Origin: a virus
Lineage: Duplodnaviria > Caudoviricetes
Length of the DNA stretch: 39,128 nucleotides
IMG/VR virus record: IMGVR_UViG_3300039208_000040
Span: 1 to 39,128 of that record
Reading direction: 5' to 3' (one strand)
Positions 1-8,018 of the stretch are shown piece after piece; the first letter of the stretch is position 1; each line of letters starts with the position of its first letter. The notes beneath the pieces were generated by a model that ran no database searches, was not told the DNA's origin, and saw only the letters and a list, made by a program, of their open reading frames with translations. Both the position numbers and the translations under genes were made by a program.

Positions 1-17
1 GTTTCCCAGTCACGATC
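1..17 (+). other. Untrimmed random-amplification (Round A/B, SISPA) primer tag; library artefact
   Basis: Window starts GTTTCCCAGTCACGATC, the widely used Round-B primer sequence. It also contains the only GATC I found in the window. Confidence 0.9.
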
Positions 18-240
18 CCGCCGAAAGCCTATAGCTTGAGGCAGTCACGCCCGATATTTTTCACTATCTAACCCTGAATGGATATTGCAGTTGTCACAGA
101 TATAGACTACCCAGTAACCATGCCAGTACATTTACCCGTAAGGGGTATGCTGTATGGCACACGGTATGCTACGCGCATGCGATGCAATATACAGCTGGTG
201 TGTCTTGTGGCTTGGAGGCCAACGACAACCGAGCAATGGT

Positions 241-300
241 AATTAAATACAACTTTTATTCCCTGTTAATTCATACTCTTGCAAATTAATTACAACTTTT
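241..300 (+). repeat. AT-rich 17-bp direct repeat x2 upstream of early promoter
   Basis: AATTAAATACAACTTTT (241-257) and AATTAATTACAACTTTT (284-300), 16/17 identical. Confidence 0.75.
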
Positions 301-313
301 TTCATCTTTTTAC

Positions 314-342
314 TTGCACGATTCCATTCCTTGGACGATAGT
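314..342 (+). promoter_or_regulatory. Putative sigma70 early promoter
   Basis: TTGCAC (314-319), 17 bp spacer, GATAGT (337-342), preceded by T-tract/UP-like sequence, facing the early gene cluster. Confidence 0.65.
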
Positions 343-673
343 TAGATTACACAAGGCAACACGGAGACACACACAATCTGATAGCTACCCGATACGAAGG
401 TATCACCTGATAGGTTTACGTAACCTTGTAAGGGATAACCATACTATCTTGTGAGGTAGGTTAGTCATGATGTGTCATGTTGATGTGATGCATGGATAGT
501 CAGGCTGACGGAGTATAGCTGAACACTGATGTTACTCCCGAAGTGAGCACTACATTTACACGGTCAAGTGAGGGCCGATAGGTTCAAGGATTGAATCGCC
601 AAGTCTACCAGAGCACCCTGTCAAGCATGACCGAACCAGCGGGACGACCACGTAATACATGGGAATACTGGCA

Positions 674-763
674 ATTAATAAGGGCTTTTTATGTTGTGAC
701 CTCCTTTGACTCCTACACTCCGACGATGTGTTACTTAACACTGGGTAGAGAGTCCTTATTAAT
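674..763 (+). promoter_or_regulatory. Long RNA stem, putative RNase III processing site
   Basis: 674-692 pairs with 745-763 over 19 bp with 4 G-U pairs; lies just upstream of the first early gene. Confidence 0.55.
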
Positions 764-788
764 GTTAACAACCTGATAAGGTGACATT

Positions 789-1058
789 ATGATTTACAAC
801 ACTATGCAAGATACAGTTGTAGCCATGCTTGCCAATGAGCAAGGCAATGGCACAGAGTGTGAACTTGAACTCGAAGTTCATGAACTGGAATGGCAGACTA
901 ACGGCCTACAACAGACTGCAACAGGGTACGGTGACAAGCTCGCCACCCGATACAAAACACGGTACAACGGCAGACTACGGAGAGTGTATGCCTCCTGCCA
1001 TAGCAACGTCGCCCGGATGTACATCATCATCAACGGCAAACGCCGCACTATCCATTAG
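789..1058 (+). CDS. Early phage hypothetical protein (TATGYG...RRVY motif)
   Basis: ATG with AAGGTGA RBS; motif TATGYGDKLATRY...RRVYASCHSN resembles a recurrent phage early protein. Confidence 0.75.
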   Translation: MIYNTMQDTVVAMLANEQGNGTECELELEVHELEWQTNGLQQTATGYGDKLATRYKTRYNGRLRRVYASCHSNVARMYIIINGKRRTIH

Positions 1059-1069
1059 GAGATAGAACT

Positions 1070-1288
1070 ATGCGAGTTAAGATAATCAAAAGCACCTACT
1101 CATACCCACACCTGATAGAGGGGCACATTGTAGAGGCCCAGCTAGTGGACAAGGGCATACATGGGGATGCTTTCAAAGGGTGTGCGGAGATATCCGGCAG
1201 GATATTACATCAGCTGGCACCGAACGTCTTCGAAGATGACGACTTCATGTACTACTTCAATGCTGGGGAGGTGGAATATGTGGACTGA
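1070..1288 (+). CDS. Hypothetical protein, probable small beta-barrel; paralogue-like to 7532 and 7764
   Basis: AGGAGA RBS; ends F..GEVEYVD like 7532..7771. Confidence 0.75.
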   Translation: MRVKIIKSTYSYPHLIEGHIVEAQLVDKGIHGDAFKGCAEISGRILHQLAPNVFEDDDFMYYFNAGEVEYVD

Positions 1289-1421
1289 AATCAAACGCTT
1301 CACCTTTCGCTGGGGTAGCTTTGCCTTAATCATGGCTGCAATGTTCCTCTATGCTGAGTCCTTGCACTGGGAACTGCGATACGCAGATGGTGTGTTCTAT
1401 TGGATGGAGCTGGCACGATGA
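1278..1421 (+). CDS. Small membrane protein (47 aa)
   Basis: GGAGG RBS; hydrophobic segment WGSFALIMAAMFLYA. Confidence 0.6.
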   Translation: MWTEIKRFTFRWGSFALIMAAMFLYAESLHWELRYADGVFYWMELAR

Positions 1422-1501
1422 AGCATAAGCTCCTAGCGTACACATGGTGGGCCTTGTTACTGGCCTACTGCCTACTACTCCCCTACTTATTTGGAGGCTG
1501 A
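1418..1501 (+). CDS. 27-aa hydrophobic peptide MKHKLLAYTWWALLLAYCLLLPYLFGG
   Basis: ATGA overlap with upstream stop, GGAG RBS, fills the gap to the next gene; not in ORF track. Confidence 0.5.
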   Translation: MKHKLLAYTWWALLLAYCLLLPYLFGG

Positions 1502-1502
1502 T

Positions 1503-1739
1503 ATGAAACAGTTAACATTCTTTGCTCTGGAACAAGAGGCGTCAGGCAACTTTTTAACAGAGCGTTACCCTGATGACTGGAATGACCTGACCGAAGCTGA
1601 ACAAATGGAGTTCATCTCCGACCATGCTTGGGAACCTTTTGAATGCTGGCAAGCCTCAGAAGTACAGTCAGCTATCGACGATGCAGCCAGAGGCATGGAG
1701 TATTTACTAGCAACCTACAACATAGGGGTACAGTCATGA
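1503..1739 (+). CDS. Acidic early protein (78 aa)
   Basis: GGAGG RBS before ATG 1503; 16 D/E versus 3 K/R. Confidence 0.75.
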   Translation: MKQLTFFALEQEASGNFLTERYPDDWNDLTEAEQMEFISDHAWEPFECWQASEVQSAIDDAARGMEYLLATYNIGVQS

Positions 1740-1906
1740 AACAGCAACAACTACCAGCATACTATGACGATGAATCTTTCACCGTAACGTGGGGAGAGGC
1801 AGAGACAGAGGGTGCTAAAGCCTACTGGTGCTGGATGGAGGTCAATGGCAGACCCCATCTAATGGATAAACCTATAGCAAAGTTATTGGGGTACACAGAT
1901 GTTTAA
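1736..1906 (+). CDS. Hypothetical protein (56 aa)
   Basis: ATGA coupling, AGGGGG RBS. Confidence 0.6.
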   Translation: MKQQQLPAYYDDESFTVTWGEAETEGAKAYWCWMEVNGRPHLMDKPIAKLLGYTDV

Positions 1907-2012
1907 CTTCCTATGCAGCATCGTTAACAAACTACTGGGTGGTATCATCTATGCCACCTATCTATATCTTAAGCATGACGGAGTGACCTATGCAAACTAT
2001 CACGCTCGCTAA
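1899..2012 (+). CDS. Small hypothetical protein (37 aa)
   Basis: Overlapping start with GGGG RBS; MFNFLCSIVNKLLGGIIYATYLYLKHDGVTYANYHAR; not in ORF track. Confidence 0.4.
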   Translation: MFNFLCSIVNKLLGGIIYATYLYLKHDGVTYANYHAR

Positions 2013-2139
2013 ACTGCTGCTATTGGCAGCTCTCATTATCCTTGTCAGTGTCGGTGCCATCTCTGTCAGTGAAGTGGCGTCACTACTTCCTACACTGGAA
2101 GCACTAACAGTTGAATCCCTTGTTCCACCTGTACAATAG
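1990..2139 (+). CDS. Small membrane protein (49 aa)
   Basis: GGAG RBS; MQTITLAKLLLLAALIILVSVGAISV... single TM or signal helix; not in ORF track. Confidence 0.55.
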   Translation: MQTITLAKLLLLAALIILVSVGAISVSEVASLLPTLEALTVESLVPPVQ

Positions 2140-2150
2140 GAGTACATGCC

Positions 2151-2432
2151 ATGAAAACTAAAGTCTATAACCTACGTTCCCCACGTTCCGACCGTCCTGT
2201 TGCCAACCAGTACAGTGTAACCACTGAGAAGGGCGAGTACTTCCAGTCCTACAAGAGTATGATTGCTTGTCGTCCTGCTGAAGGCGGTAAGATACAACTT
2301 GACGAGAATTACTGGGACTACTCTGCAACTACCCTGAAGTACCTGAAGCAGTGGCTTAACACTACTGCCAGCAAGAAGGAGATACAGGAACGTATCGACT
2401 CCGGCCAATACGAGCTGGTAGACCTGAACTAA
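2151..2432 (+). CDS. Conserved phage early hypothetical protein
   Basis: AGGAG RBS; motifs VANQ, FQSYxSxIA and WDYSxTTxKY recur in phage early proteins; function unknown. Confidence 0.8.
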   Translation: MKTKVYNLRSPRSDRPVANQYSVTTEKGEYFQSYKSMIACRPAEGGKIQLDENYWDYSATTLKYLKQWLNTTASKKEIQERIDSGQYELVDLN

Positions 2433-2433
2433 T

Positions 2434-2483
2434 CAGTGTAGTTATCTTATGCCCTGTGCAAGGGGGCATACATAACACCACTG
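2434..2483 (+). promoter_or_regulatory. Intergenic long hairpin, putative RNase III site
   Basis: CAGTG-ta-GTTAT-ct-TATGCCCT loop GGGGCATA-c-ATAAC-ac-CACTG, about 18 bp with internal loops, no U tail. Confidence 0.55.
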
Positions 2484-2512
2484 TATACACACTACTCATT
2501 AAGGAGTATCCT

Positions 2513-3007
2513 ATGAAAACCTTCCGCATTAGTTCTTACAACACCTTTACACACAAGACTGCGCAGCATGCCATGAATGCCGGACAGTTGCGCACGTCTT
2601 ACGACTTCATCCCAGCAGACATGTCGTTGAATATGCTGGCTAATATAGGCTCTGCTATGCAATCAGCATGTGATTGTTCTAGTTCTAAAGCAGTGATTCG
2701 TTCTGGTATTCTGTATCATGAGCAGTTTTATACACTGCTGGATATCATACAAGCTGATGAAGGTACAAGCACAGTAGGCGAGGCACTGCACCAGCTGCAC
2801 CTTGAACATGCCACCTTCGAGGTATCCCTCACAGCTGCCGAGATAGTGGAGATATCTCACCGCCTGAACTGTGCAACTGCTCGCTTCAAGGAGGCGTACA
2901 ATCACGACGAGTATAGCCCTGACCTAAAGAGAGATGCGGGTCTGAGTGCATGGCGTAAACTGTCAGCTATCCAACGTGCACACACTATCAAGGGAGGGTC
3001 TAAGTAA
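2513..3007 (+). CDS. Hypothetical protein
   Basis: TAAGGAG RBS before ATG 2513. Confidence 0.8.
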   Translation: MKTFRISSYNTFTHKTAQHAMNAGQLRTSYDFIPADMSLNMLANIGSAMQSACDCSSSKAVIRSGILYHEQFYTLLDIIQADEGTSTVGEALHQLHLEHATFEVSLTAAEIVEISHRLNCATARFKEAYNHDEYSPDLKRDAGLSAWRKLSAIQRAHTIKGGSK

Positions 3008-3165
3008 TGGGCTACTATATCTAAGTACGTCAGCATAGTAATGACGAAGTGGTAGATACTATTCAGTGCGGTGACGTGTCCGAGCGTACCGCCCAACGTG
3101 TGGATGATGGTGTTAATATCAACCTGAACCACGAAGAATTCTATACTGTACTGGAGCGTGAGTAA
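3007..3165 (+). pseudogene. Small gene interrupted by an in-frame TAA at codon 6 (nonsense mutation or sequencing error)
   Basis: TAATG coupling at both ends, GGGAGGG RBS; reads MGYYI*VRQHSNDEVVDTIQCGDVSERTAQRVDDGVNINLNHEEFYTVLERE. Confidence 0.6.
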
Positions 3166-3383
3166 TGGACACCATGATATGTACACCCCTGACTGAGGAA
3201 CAGAAGCGTACCGCCACTGAGTTCTACGACAAAGGCATACTGTATGTGGGTGAGGATGACACCGAAGACATGGGCTGTCTGGAATGTGCCTTTGGTAACA
3301 AACCTTGTGGACAGGTGCCGCAATGCCTGCCTGCTGATAGGGATGATAACAGAAGTATCATCTTTAAGGAGGTGCAGCTATGA
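3165..3383 (+). CDS. Cys-rich hypothetical protein
   Basis: CxxC-x6-C-x5-C and RxD...IFKEV C-terminus; coupled start. Confidence 0.75.
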   Translation: MDTMICTPLTEEQKRTATEFYDKGILYVGEDDTEDMGCLECAFGNKPCGQVPQCLPADRDDNRSIIFKEVQL

Positions 3384-3529
3384 AATTCTATACCAACAGC
3401 TTCCCTGAATTTGCAGCACTGATACACCATGCAGTAACGCATGGTCTGTTGTTCAATGCGTACACTGGCCGTTATAATGAACACGGTACACTGTATGAGT
3501 ACTACATCGAGTACACCGGAGGACATTAA
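3380..3529 (+). CDS. Hypothetical protein (49 aa, ends YYIEYTGGH)
   Basis: AAGGAGG RBS, ATGA overlap; not in ORF track. Confidence 0.7.
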   Translation: MKFYTNSFPEFAALIHHAVTHGLLFNAYTGRYNEHGTLYEYYIEYTGGH

Positions 3530-3530
3530 C

Positions 3531-3665
3531 ATGTACCCAAGCAATCAAGAGATACAAAACCGCATGCAGTATCACCGTGACAGGGCAGCAATGAACCGCA
3601 AGGCTGTAGTCATAGAGGTAGTGATTACTATCGGCATAGCTGCGGTTATCTGGTACTGGGGGTAG
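3531..3665 (+). CDS. Small C-terminally anchored membrane protein
   Basis: GGAGGA RBS; C-terminal hydrophobic VVITIGIAAVIWYWG. Confidence 0.65.
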   Translation: MYPSNQEIQNRMQYHRDRAAMNRKAVVIEVVITIGIAAVIWYWG

Positions 3666-3667
3666 CT

Positions 3668-4015
3668 ATGGCTGACCCCAAGCATGACGGACGTGGTGCC
3701 ATGTGGCTTAATCGCAACAAGCGGGAGCCTAAGCACCCCGACTACACCGGACAGGTGCAGATAGCAGGCCACATTATCAAGCTGTCCATGTGGCAGCAGG
3801 ATGGTGCAGGTTCACGGCCTGATATAACAATCAGGGTGAATGAGCAGACCACCGCACCTGAAACCTTGGCATGGATAGAACATCATAAGCTATCGCCGGG
3901 GGATGTGGTAAAGGTAGCACCTCAATGGCCTACTGAAGTATCAAAGGTGCCTGTCTATCAGAGTGACGGCGACCCTGACGATGCTCCTGATAAAGATGAT
4001 GACATACCCTTTTAG
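3668..4015 (+). CDS. Putative small ssDNA-binding (DUF736-like) protein with SSB-type DDDIPF tail
   Basis: NRNKREPKHPDYTGxVxI..IKLSMW motif; acidic tail ending DDDIPF. Confidence 0.6.
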   Translation: MADPKHDGRGAMWLNRNKREPKHPDYTGQVQIAGHIIKLSMWQQDGAGSRPDITIRVNEQTTAPETLAWIEHHKLSPGDVVKVAPQWPTEVSKVPVYQSDGDPDDAPDKDDDIPF

Positions 4016-4082
4016 TAGTAGGGTTTATCATGGGCATTCTCCGAGTGCCTATGCTTGACCCACCAACAACTAAGGATGTATC

Positions 4083-4316
4083 TTGAATCACTCCAAATAC
4101 TTTGCTTTATGGGTGAGCAATGGCAAGGAGCTAACACTAATCTCCTACTTGTACCTCTTAATAGGTGCTGTTGTCCTATGGTATGGGAACGTTGCAGCTG
4201 CAATGTTCTGTGCTATCCTCGCTGAGTTGGCCCGTGTAGATAAACCTTCACGAGTAGCCAATGTAACTCTAACTGATGAGATATTAAACGGAGGTGGTAT
4301 GGATGGCGAAGAGTAA
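4083..4316 (+). CDS. Putative membrane protein
   Basis: TTG start with AAGGA RBS; long hydrophobic stretch; start uncertain. Confidence 0.5.
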   Translation: MNHSKYFALWVSNGKELTLISYLYLLIGAVVLWYGNVAAAMFCAILAELARVDKPSRVANVTLTDEILNGGGMDGEE

Positions 4317-4788
4317 ACGGCAGCATGTAATTGACAGGCTGAATTCCTTGGAACTACTGACTGATATAGGCCAGAGCTTTAGCTACATGGTGTACGTTGT
4401 AAATCCTTTACACATGTACCAGCCTATCCAGATAGTGGTAACAGGGATAGAGGCTGAGTACCTGACCAAGATGGTACTTGGATGCTGCATGACATGGGAA
4501 CACAACAGCAGTGACACGGAGCACAGCCAGTCAGAGGCTGAGCTTACGGGTGAACTGATTGACTGCCTGATAGGTATGTGCAAGGTGTTGAATAAGCATT
4601 CCCGTGTAACCATATCAGCTGCCCCTCACTGTGAGCTGGGCCAGCAGTCCGGCATAGTAATTAAAGACATATACCCTGATGATAACAAGGTATACCCACA
4701 ACCTACTGTAATCCTGTACGATAATGGGATGGCTGTTGCCTCCGGTTATGCAGGACATTTAATAACAGGAAATCAAGACGATGGCTAA
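4303..4788 (+). CDS. Hypothetical protein
   Basis: GGAGG RBS; operon continuity. Confidence 0.7.
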   Translation: MAKSKRQHVIDRLNSLELLTDIGQSFSYMVYVVNPLHMYQPIQIVVTGIEAEYLTKMVLGCCMTWEHNSSDTEHSQSEAELTGELIDCLIGMCKVLNKHSRVTISAAPHCELGQQSGIVIKDIYPDDNKVYPQPTVILYDNGMAVASGYAGHLITGNQDDG

Positions 4789-5041
4789 ACGTGACATTCG
4801 TACCCTAGTAAGAGCGCGCCGCTCTAACATTCATGCTGTACCATTCAGCTTCAATCACCTACCTGTTGCTACACAGGTGATGTTCAAGCGTATCCGTCAG
4901 TCGGTGGATAACTTCTGCCGGATTGACTGTCGGAGTGGGGTCATCTCCTACACCCAGAAGCATAAACCTAATGAGGTAATGACTCTGGATGCTGCGGAAT
5001 GTCAGCGTATCTTCGACGACCTATACGGTGATGAGCAGTGA
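4781..5041 (+). CDS. Hypothetical basic protein
   Basis: Overlapping start; operon continuity. Confidence 0.65.
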   Translation: MAKRDIRTLVRARRSNIHAVPFSFNHLPVATQVMFKRIRQSVDNFCRIDCRSGVISYTQKHKPNEVMTLDAAECQRIFDDLYGDEQ

Positions 5042-5855
5042 AGACCTGCGCCTAGCTGTCAAGGAACTGGCGCTATCCCTGCCTGATGGTCAGACAGATG
5101 GCAGCTGCGAGTGTCCCAAGTGTGGTAAGGCTGGAAGCTTTAACATTACGAGGGACGGTAACAACATCAAGTTCATTTGCTTTCGTGTTAGCTGTGGCTT
5201 CGCTGGCTACACGGACAGCAAGGGGATGGACACAGGAGTACAACAGAAGACCAAGAAAGTGAAGCTGTTCAAGGGGGAACTGACTAAGCTACTGTTCGAA
5301 GAGATACAATTCCTTGAACGTAAGTTCCTGATAGACCCAGCATGGCTGCAAAATGTGAGGTACTGTGAGAAGGACGGGAGAGTTTACTATCCCCAGTATC
5401 ATGTGTCCGGCAAGCTACAGGGCTACATTGCCCGGTACTATCCTGAGCTGGCTAACTGTAAACAGTTCGGCCCCAAGGCAATATGGAAGCCAGTACGTGC
5501 TACAGTGGGAGGATTGTTGTTGCCTCATATGCGGATACTATCCCAGATACATGAGCAAAGTAGAGTGGTACTGGTGGAGGACTACCCCAGTGCCTTGCGT
5601 ATCAACTCACAGTTGAAGCTACCCACCTGCTGTCTGGGAGGTACGTCGCTGTATCCTGAACATATAGATACCATCTTAGGGTTAGGTGTGGACACCGTGA
5701 TACCTGTCCTTGATGCTGACGCAGTTGTCAAAGCTGTGAAGATGTGTCAGAGTGTCGCGCTCTGCTTCAACACGCAGACGATACCACTAACTGGAGCCGA
5801 CCCGAAGGACATGACTGTCCGACGGCTACGCTCTACCTTCGAATCACTAATCTAA
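5031..5855 (+). CDS. DNA primase (Zn-binding + TOPRIM)
   Basis: CPKC...CFRVSC zinc domain; TOPRIM VLVEDYPSA and LDADA; DPKD motif. Confidence 0.85.
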   Translation: MSSEDLRLAVKELALSLPDGQTDGSCECPKCGKAGSFNITRDGNNIKFICFRVSCGFAGYTDSKGMDTGVQQKTKKVKLFKGELTKLLFEEIQFLERKFLIDPAWLQNVRYCEKDGRVYYPQYHVSGKLQGYIARYYPELANCKQFGPKAIWKPVRATVGGLLLPHMRILSQIHEQSRVVLVEDYPSALRINSQLKLPTCCLGGTSLYPEHIDTILGLGVDTVIPVLDADAVVKAVKMCQSVALCFNTQTIPLTGADPKDMTVRRLRSTFESLI

Positions 5856-5867
5856 AGGAGATGCTTC

Positions 5868-6080
5868 ATGGATATCAGCATACCTACGAGTACCTTTGCA
5901 CAACTGGTGTATAAACTGAACACGGAGGGAACACTGTACATGTTGACAGAGTACCTTCCTTGTCCCACTGATGCGCAGAAAGAGGAGGTACTTGAAGTAC
6001 TCAATAAGTACAAAGACCCATGCAGTACCACGCCACGTTACACATTCAACCAACGTAATCACACATGGGAGTACATCTAA
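5868..6080 (+). CDS. Hypothetical protein
   Basis: AAGGAG RBS. Confidence 0.7.
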   Translation: MDISIPTSTFAQLVYKLNTEGTLYMLTEYLPCPTDAQKEEVLEVLNKYKDPCSTTPRYTFNQRNHTWEYI

Positions 6081-6313
6081 TGGACAAGTTAATGCAGGTA
6101 GGTAAAGCCTACTACCCCACCGATAAGTGGAACCCTGACGGTGTGGAGCTTCCAGAACCTATGCAAATCTTCGTTGTCACCGATATAGATGCTCATGGTG
6201 ATGTGTGGACTGTCAATGCCAAGTACGACGGCCAGCCTCCTGCCGATGCTCAAGGCTGGCATGTGTGCAAAGATGATGCACTAAGTACAGGTGAGATGAA
6301 GGAGGCAACATAG
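6080..6313 (+). CDS. Hypothetical protein
   Basis: TAATG coupling, GGGAG RBS. Confidence 0.7.
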   Translation: MDKLMQVGKAYYPTDKWNPDGVELPEPMQIFVVTDIDAHGDVWTVNAKYDGQPPADAQGWHVCKDDALSTGEMKEAT

Positions 6314-7539
6314 TGTCTGAGCAAAAGATAATGTCAGCTGTCCTCCAAGACCGCCATGCTTTTGCTGTAGTCCAGAAGTTCTACGAACAGGGAGACCTGT
6401 CAGACCTTGGGGAGTTGGTGCTTAAGGAGGCTGCTGCCTACTATAAGCGTGACCCTGAAGCCGAGTATGCAGATGATGAGTCCATACTGACACGGCTCAT
6501 TGATAAGTACCCCAAGCATGAGAAGGCATTCACCAAGTTCATTAACAACATGCAGGATGTATCAGTTGCCAACATCTTAGAGGATTACTGCAACCTGAAA
6601 CGTAAGGCATGCTCTGAACTGGCCGGGAGTTATCTTGTGGCCGGGGAACATGACAAGGCAGAGCCACTGCTCGCCAAGTACAAGCAGCTCACAGAGGTAG
6701 GTCTCGAAGAGTCAGACAATGCAGATGGCCCTAAGATTTATCAGGGTGCCCATGCTGAGGAGTTCACCGAGTCCATGGAGCATGGCAACAGGATACCTAT
6801 GCTGCCTGCTGCACTGAACAAGGTGATAGGTGGAGGCTTGGTTGCCGGATGTCACCTGCTCCTGTATGCACCACCTGAATGTGGTAAGACTGCCACTGCT
6901 ATCAATACAGCCTATGGTTTTGCTAATGCAGGTAAGCTGACTATGTACTTCGGTAACGAAGAGTCAGCGGATATGTACCTGAATCGCATGCTGTGCCGCT
7001 TTTGTCGCTGGCCCCTAGCCAAGGTATTAAAGAACAAGGACGCAGCTACACGGCTCGCTAAGACACGGGGCTGGGACAACCTAATCTTTGTCCATCTCTC
7101 CCCCGGCAGTATCCCACAGGTACAAGAACTCATCCTTGAGTACATGCCTGATGTTGTGGTGATAGACCAGCTGTCCAACCTTACGCTCAATGCTAAGGGT
7201 GGTGGTAAGGAACCGGAGAAGACGCAGCTACTTGAGAAGCTGGCGTACACAATGCGTATGTTCTACTCCAAGCATAAGATTGCAGGCGTAAGCCTCAGTC
7301 AGGCTGATGAGAAGGCCATCGGTAAGCTATACCTCACCATCAAGGACGTGTACTACTCCAATGTAGGTGTGCAAGGGCAGTACGATGTGATGATAGGCAT
7401 CGGGATGGACGACAACTATCAACAAATGGGTAGACGTGTACTTAACGTTACCAAAAACAAACTAGGAGGCGAGCACAGTGCTGTAATTGTACAGCTTGTG
7501 GCTGAGGTCTCCATGCTAAGAGGGATAGGCGATGATTAA
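6313..7539 (+). CDS. DnaB-like (SF4) replicative helicase
   Basis: Walker A APPECGKT, catalytic NEE, Walker B VVVIDQL, LSQ and KNK motifs. Confidence 0.9.
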   Translation: MSEQKIMSAVLQDRHAFAVVQKFYEQGDLSDLGELVLKEAAAYYKRDPEAEYADDESILTRLIDKYPKHEKAFTKFINNMQDVSVANILEDYCNLKRKACSELAGSYLVAGEHDKAEPLLAKYKQLTEVGLEESDNADGPKIYQGAHAEEFTESMEHGNRIPMLPAALNKVIGGGLVAGCHLLLYAPPECGKTATAINTAYGFANAGKLTMYFGNEESADMYLNRMLCRFCRWPLAKVLKNKDAATRLAKTRGWDNLIFVHLSPGSIPQVQELILEYMPDVVVIDQLSNLTLNAKGGGKEPEKTQLLEKLAYTMRMFYSKHKIAGVSLSQADEKAIGKLYLTIKDVYYSNVGVQGQYDVMIGIGMDDNYQQMGRRVLNVTKNKLGGEHSAVIVQLVAEVSMLRGIGDD

Positions 7540-7771
7540 AGTTAAGTTACTATGTGATGGCGGTTATACAGACCTGAAGCCTGCTGTCGGCCTCAAGTTC
7601 TACGCACATGACAAAACGCAGGGGGCCTGTGCTATAGATATCTGTGACTTGGAAGCTGTAGGATGTTCTGTACTCAGGGAGTGTGATAACCCTTTTGGGT
7701 TACATGACTGTAGTGATGACAGCACCACCCTGACATTTCTCAAAGAGGAAGTGGAGGTGGTAGATGCCTAA
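7532..7771 (+). CDS. Hypothetical protein (KVKLLxDGGY family)
   Basis: Overlapping start; similar to the adjacent gene. Confidence 0.75.
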   Translation: MIKVKLLCDGGYTDLKPAVGLKFYAHDKTQGACAIDICDLEAVGCSVLRECDNPFGLHDCSDDSTTLTFLKEEVEVVDA

Positions 7772-8018
7772 AGTTAAAGTAAGAATACTAACAGATGGTG
7801 GCTTCTCCGACTGCAAGGCAGCTGTAGGTCAGGTGGTAGAGGCTTACCCCTATCGTGGTAATGCTGGTGTGCTGGGTTACGATGTTCCGGTAACTGCACT
7901 GACGGCATTAGGCTGTACGGTAGCGGAGTATGAAGCAGATAGTCAGGGCAACATGTACTTCTCCCGGCACCTCGGCTGTGATGAAACACCGGAATGTATG
8001 GCGGTGACTGATGACTAG
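7764..8018 (+). CDS. Hypothetical protein (KVRILxDGGF family), tandem paralogue
   Basis: GGAGG RBS; shares KV.LL.DGG..D.K.AVG with the upstream gene. Confidence 0.75.
   Translation: MPKVKVRILTDGGFSDCKAAVGQVVEAYPYRGNAGVLGYDVPVTALTALGCTVAEYEADSQGNMYFSRHLGCDETPECMAVTDD

Noticed and set aside
349-670. tRNA, hammerhead ribozyme or CRISPR mini-array in the leader
   Set aside because: No cloverleaf with correctly placed T-loop and CCA, no complete CUGAnGA..GAAA core, and no regularly spaced repeats.
556-776. ORFs 556..771 (-) and 591..776 (+)
   Set aside because: No properly spaced RBS, unremarkable composition, and they overlap strong RNA stems.
3007-3165. Alternative genetic code explaining the internal TAA
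   Set aside because: TAA, TAG and TGA all terminate well-defined genes elsewhere in the window.
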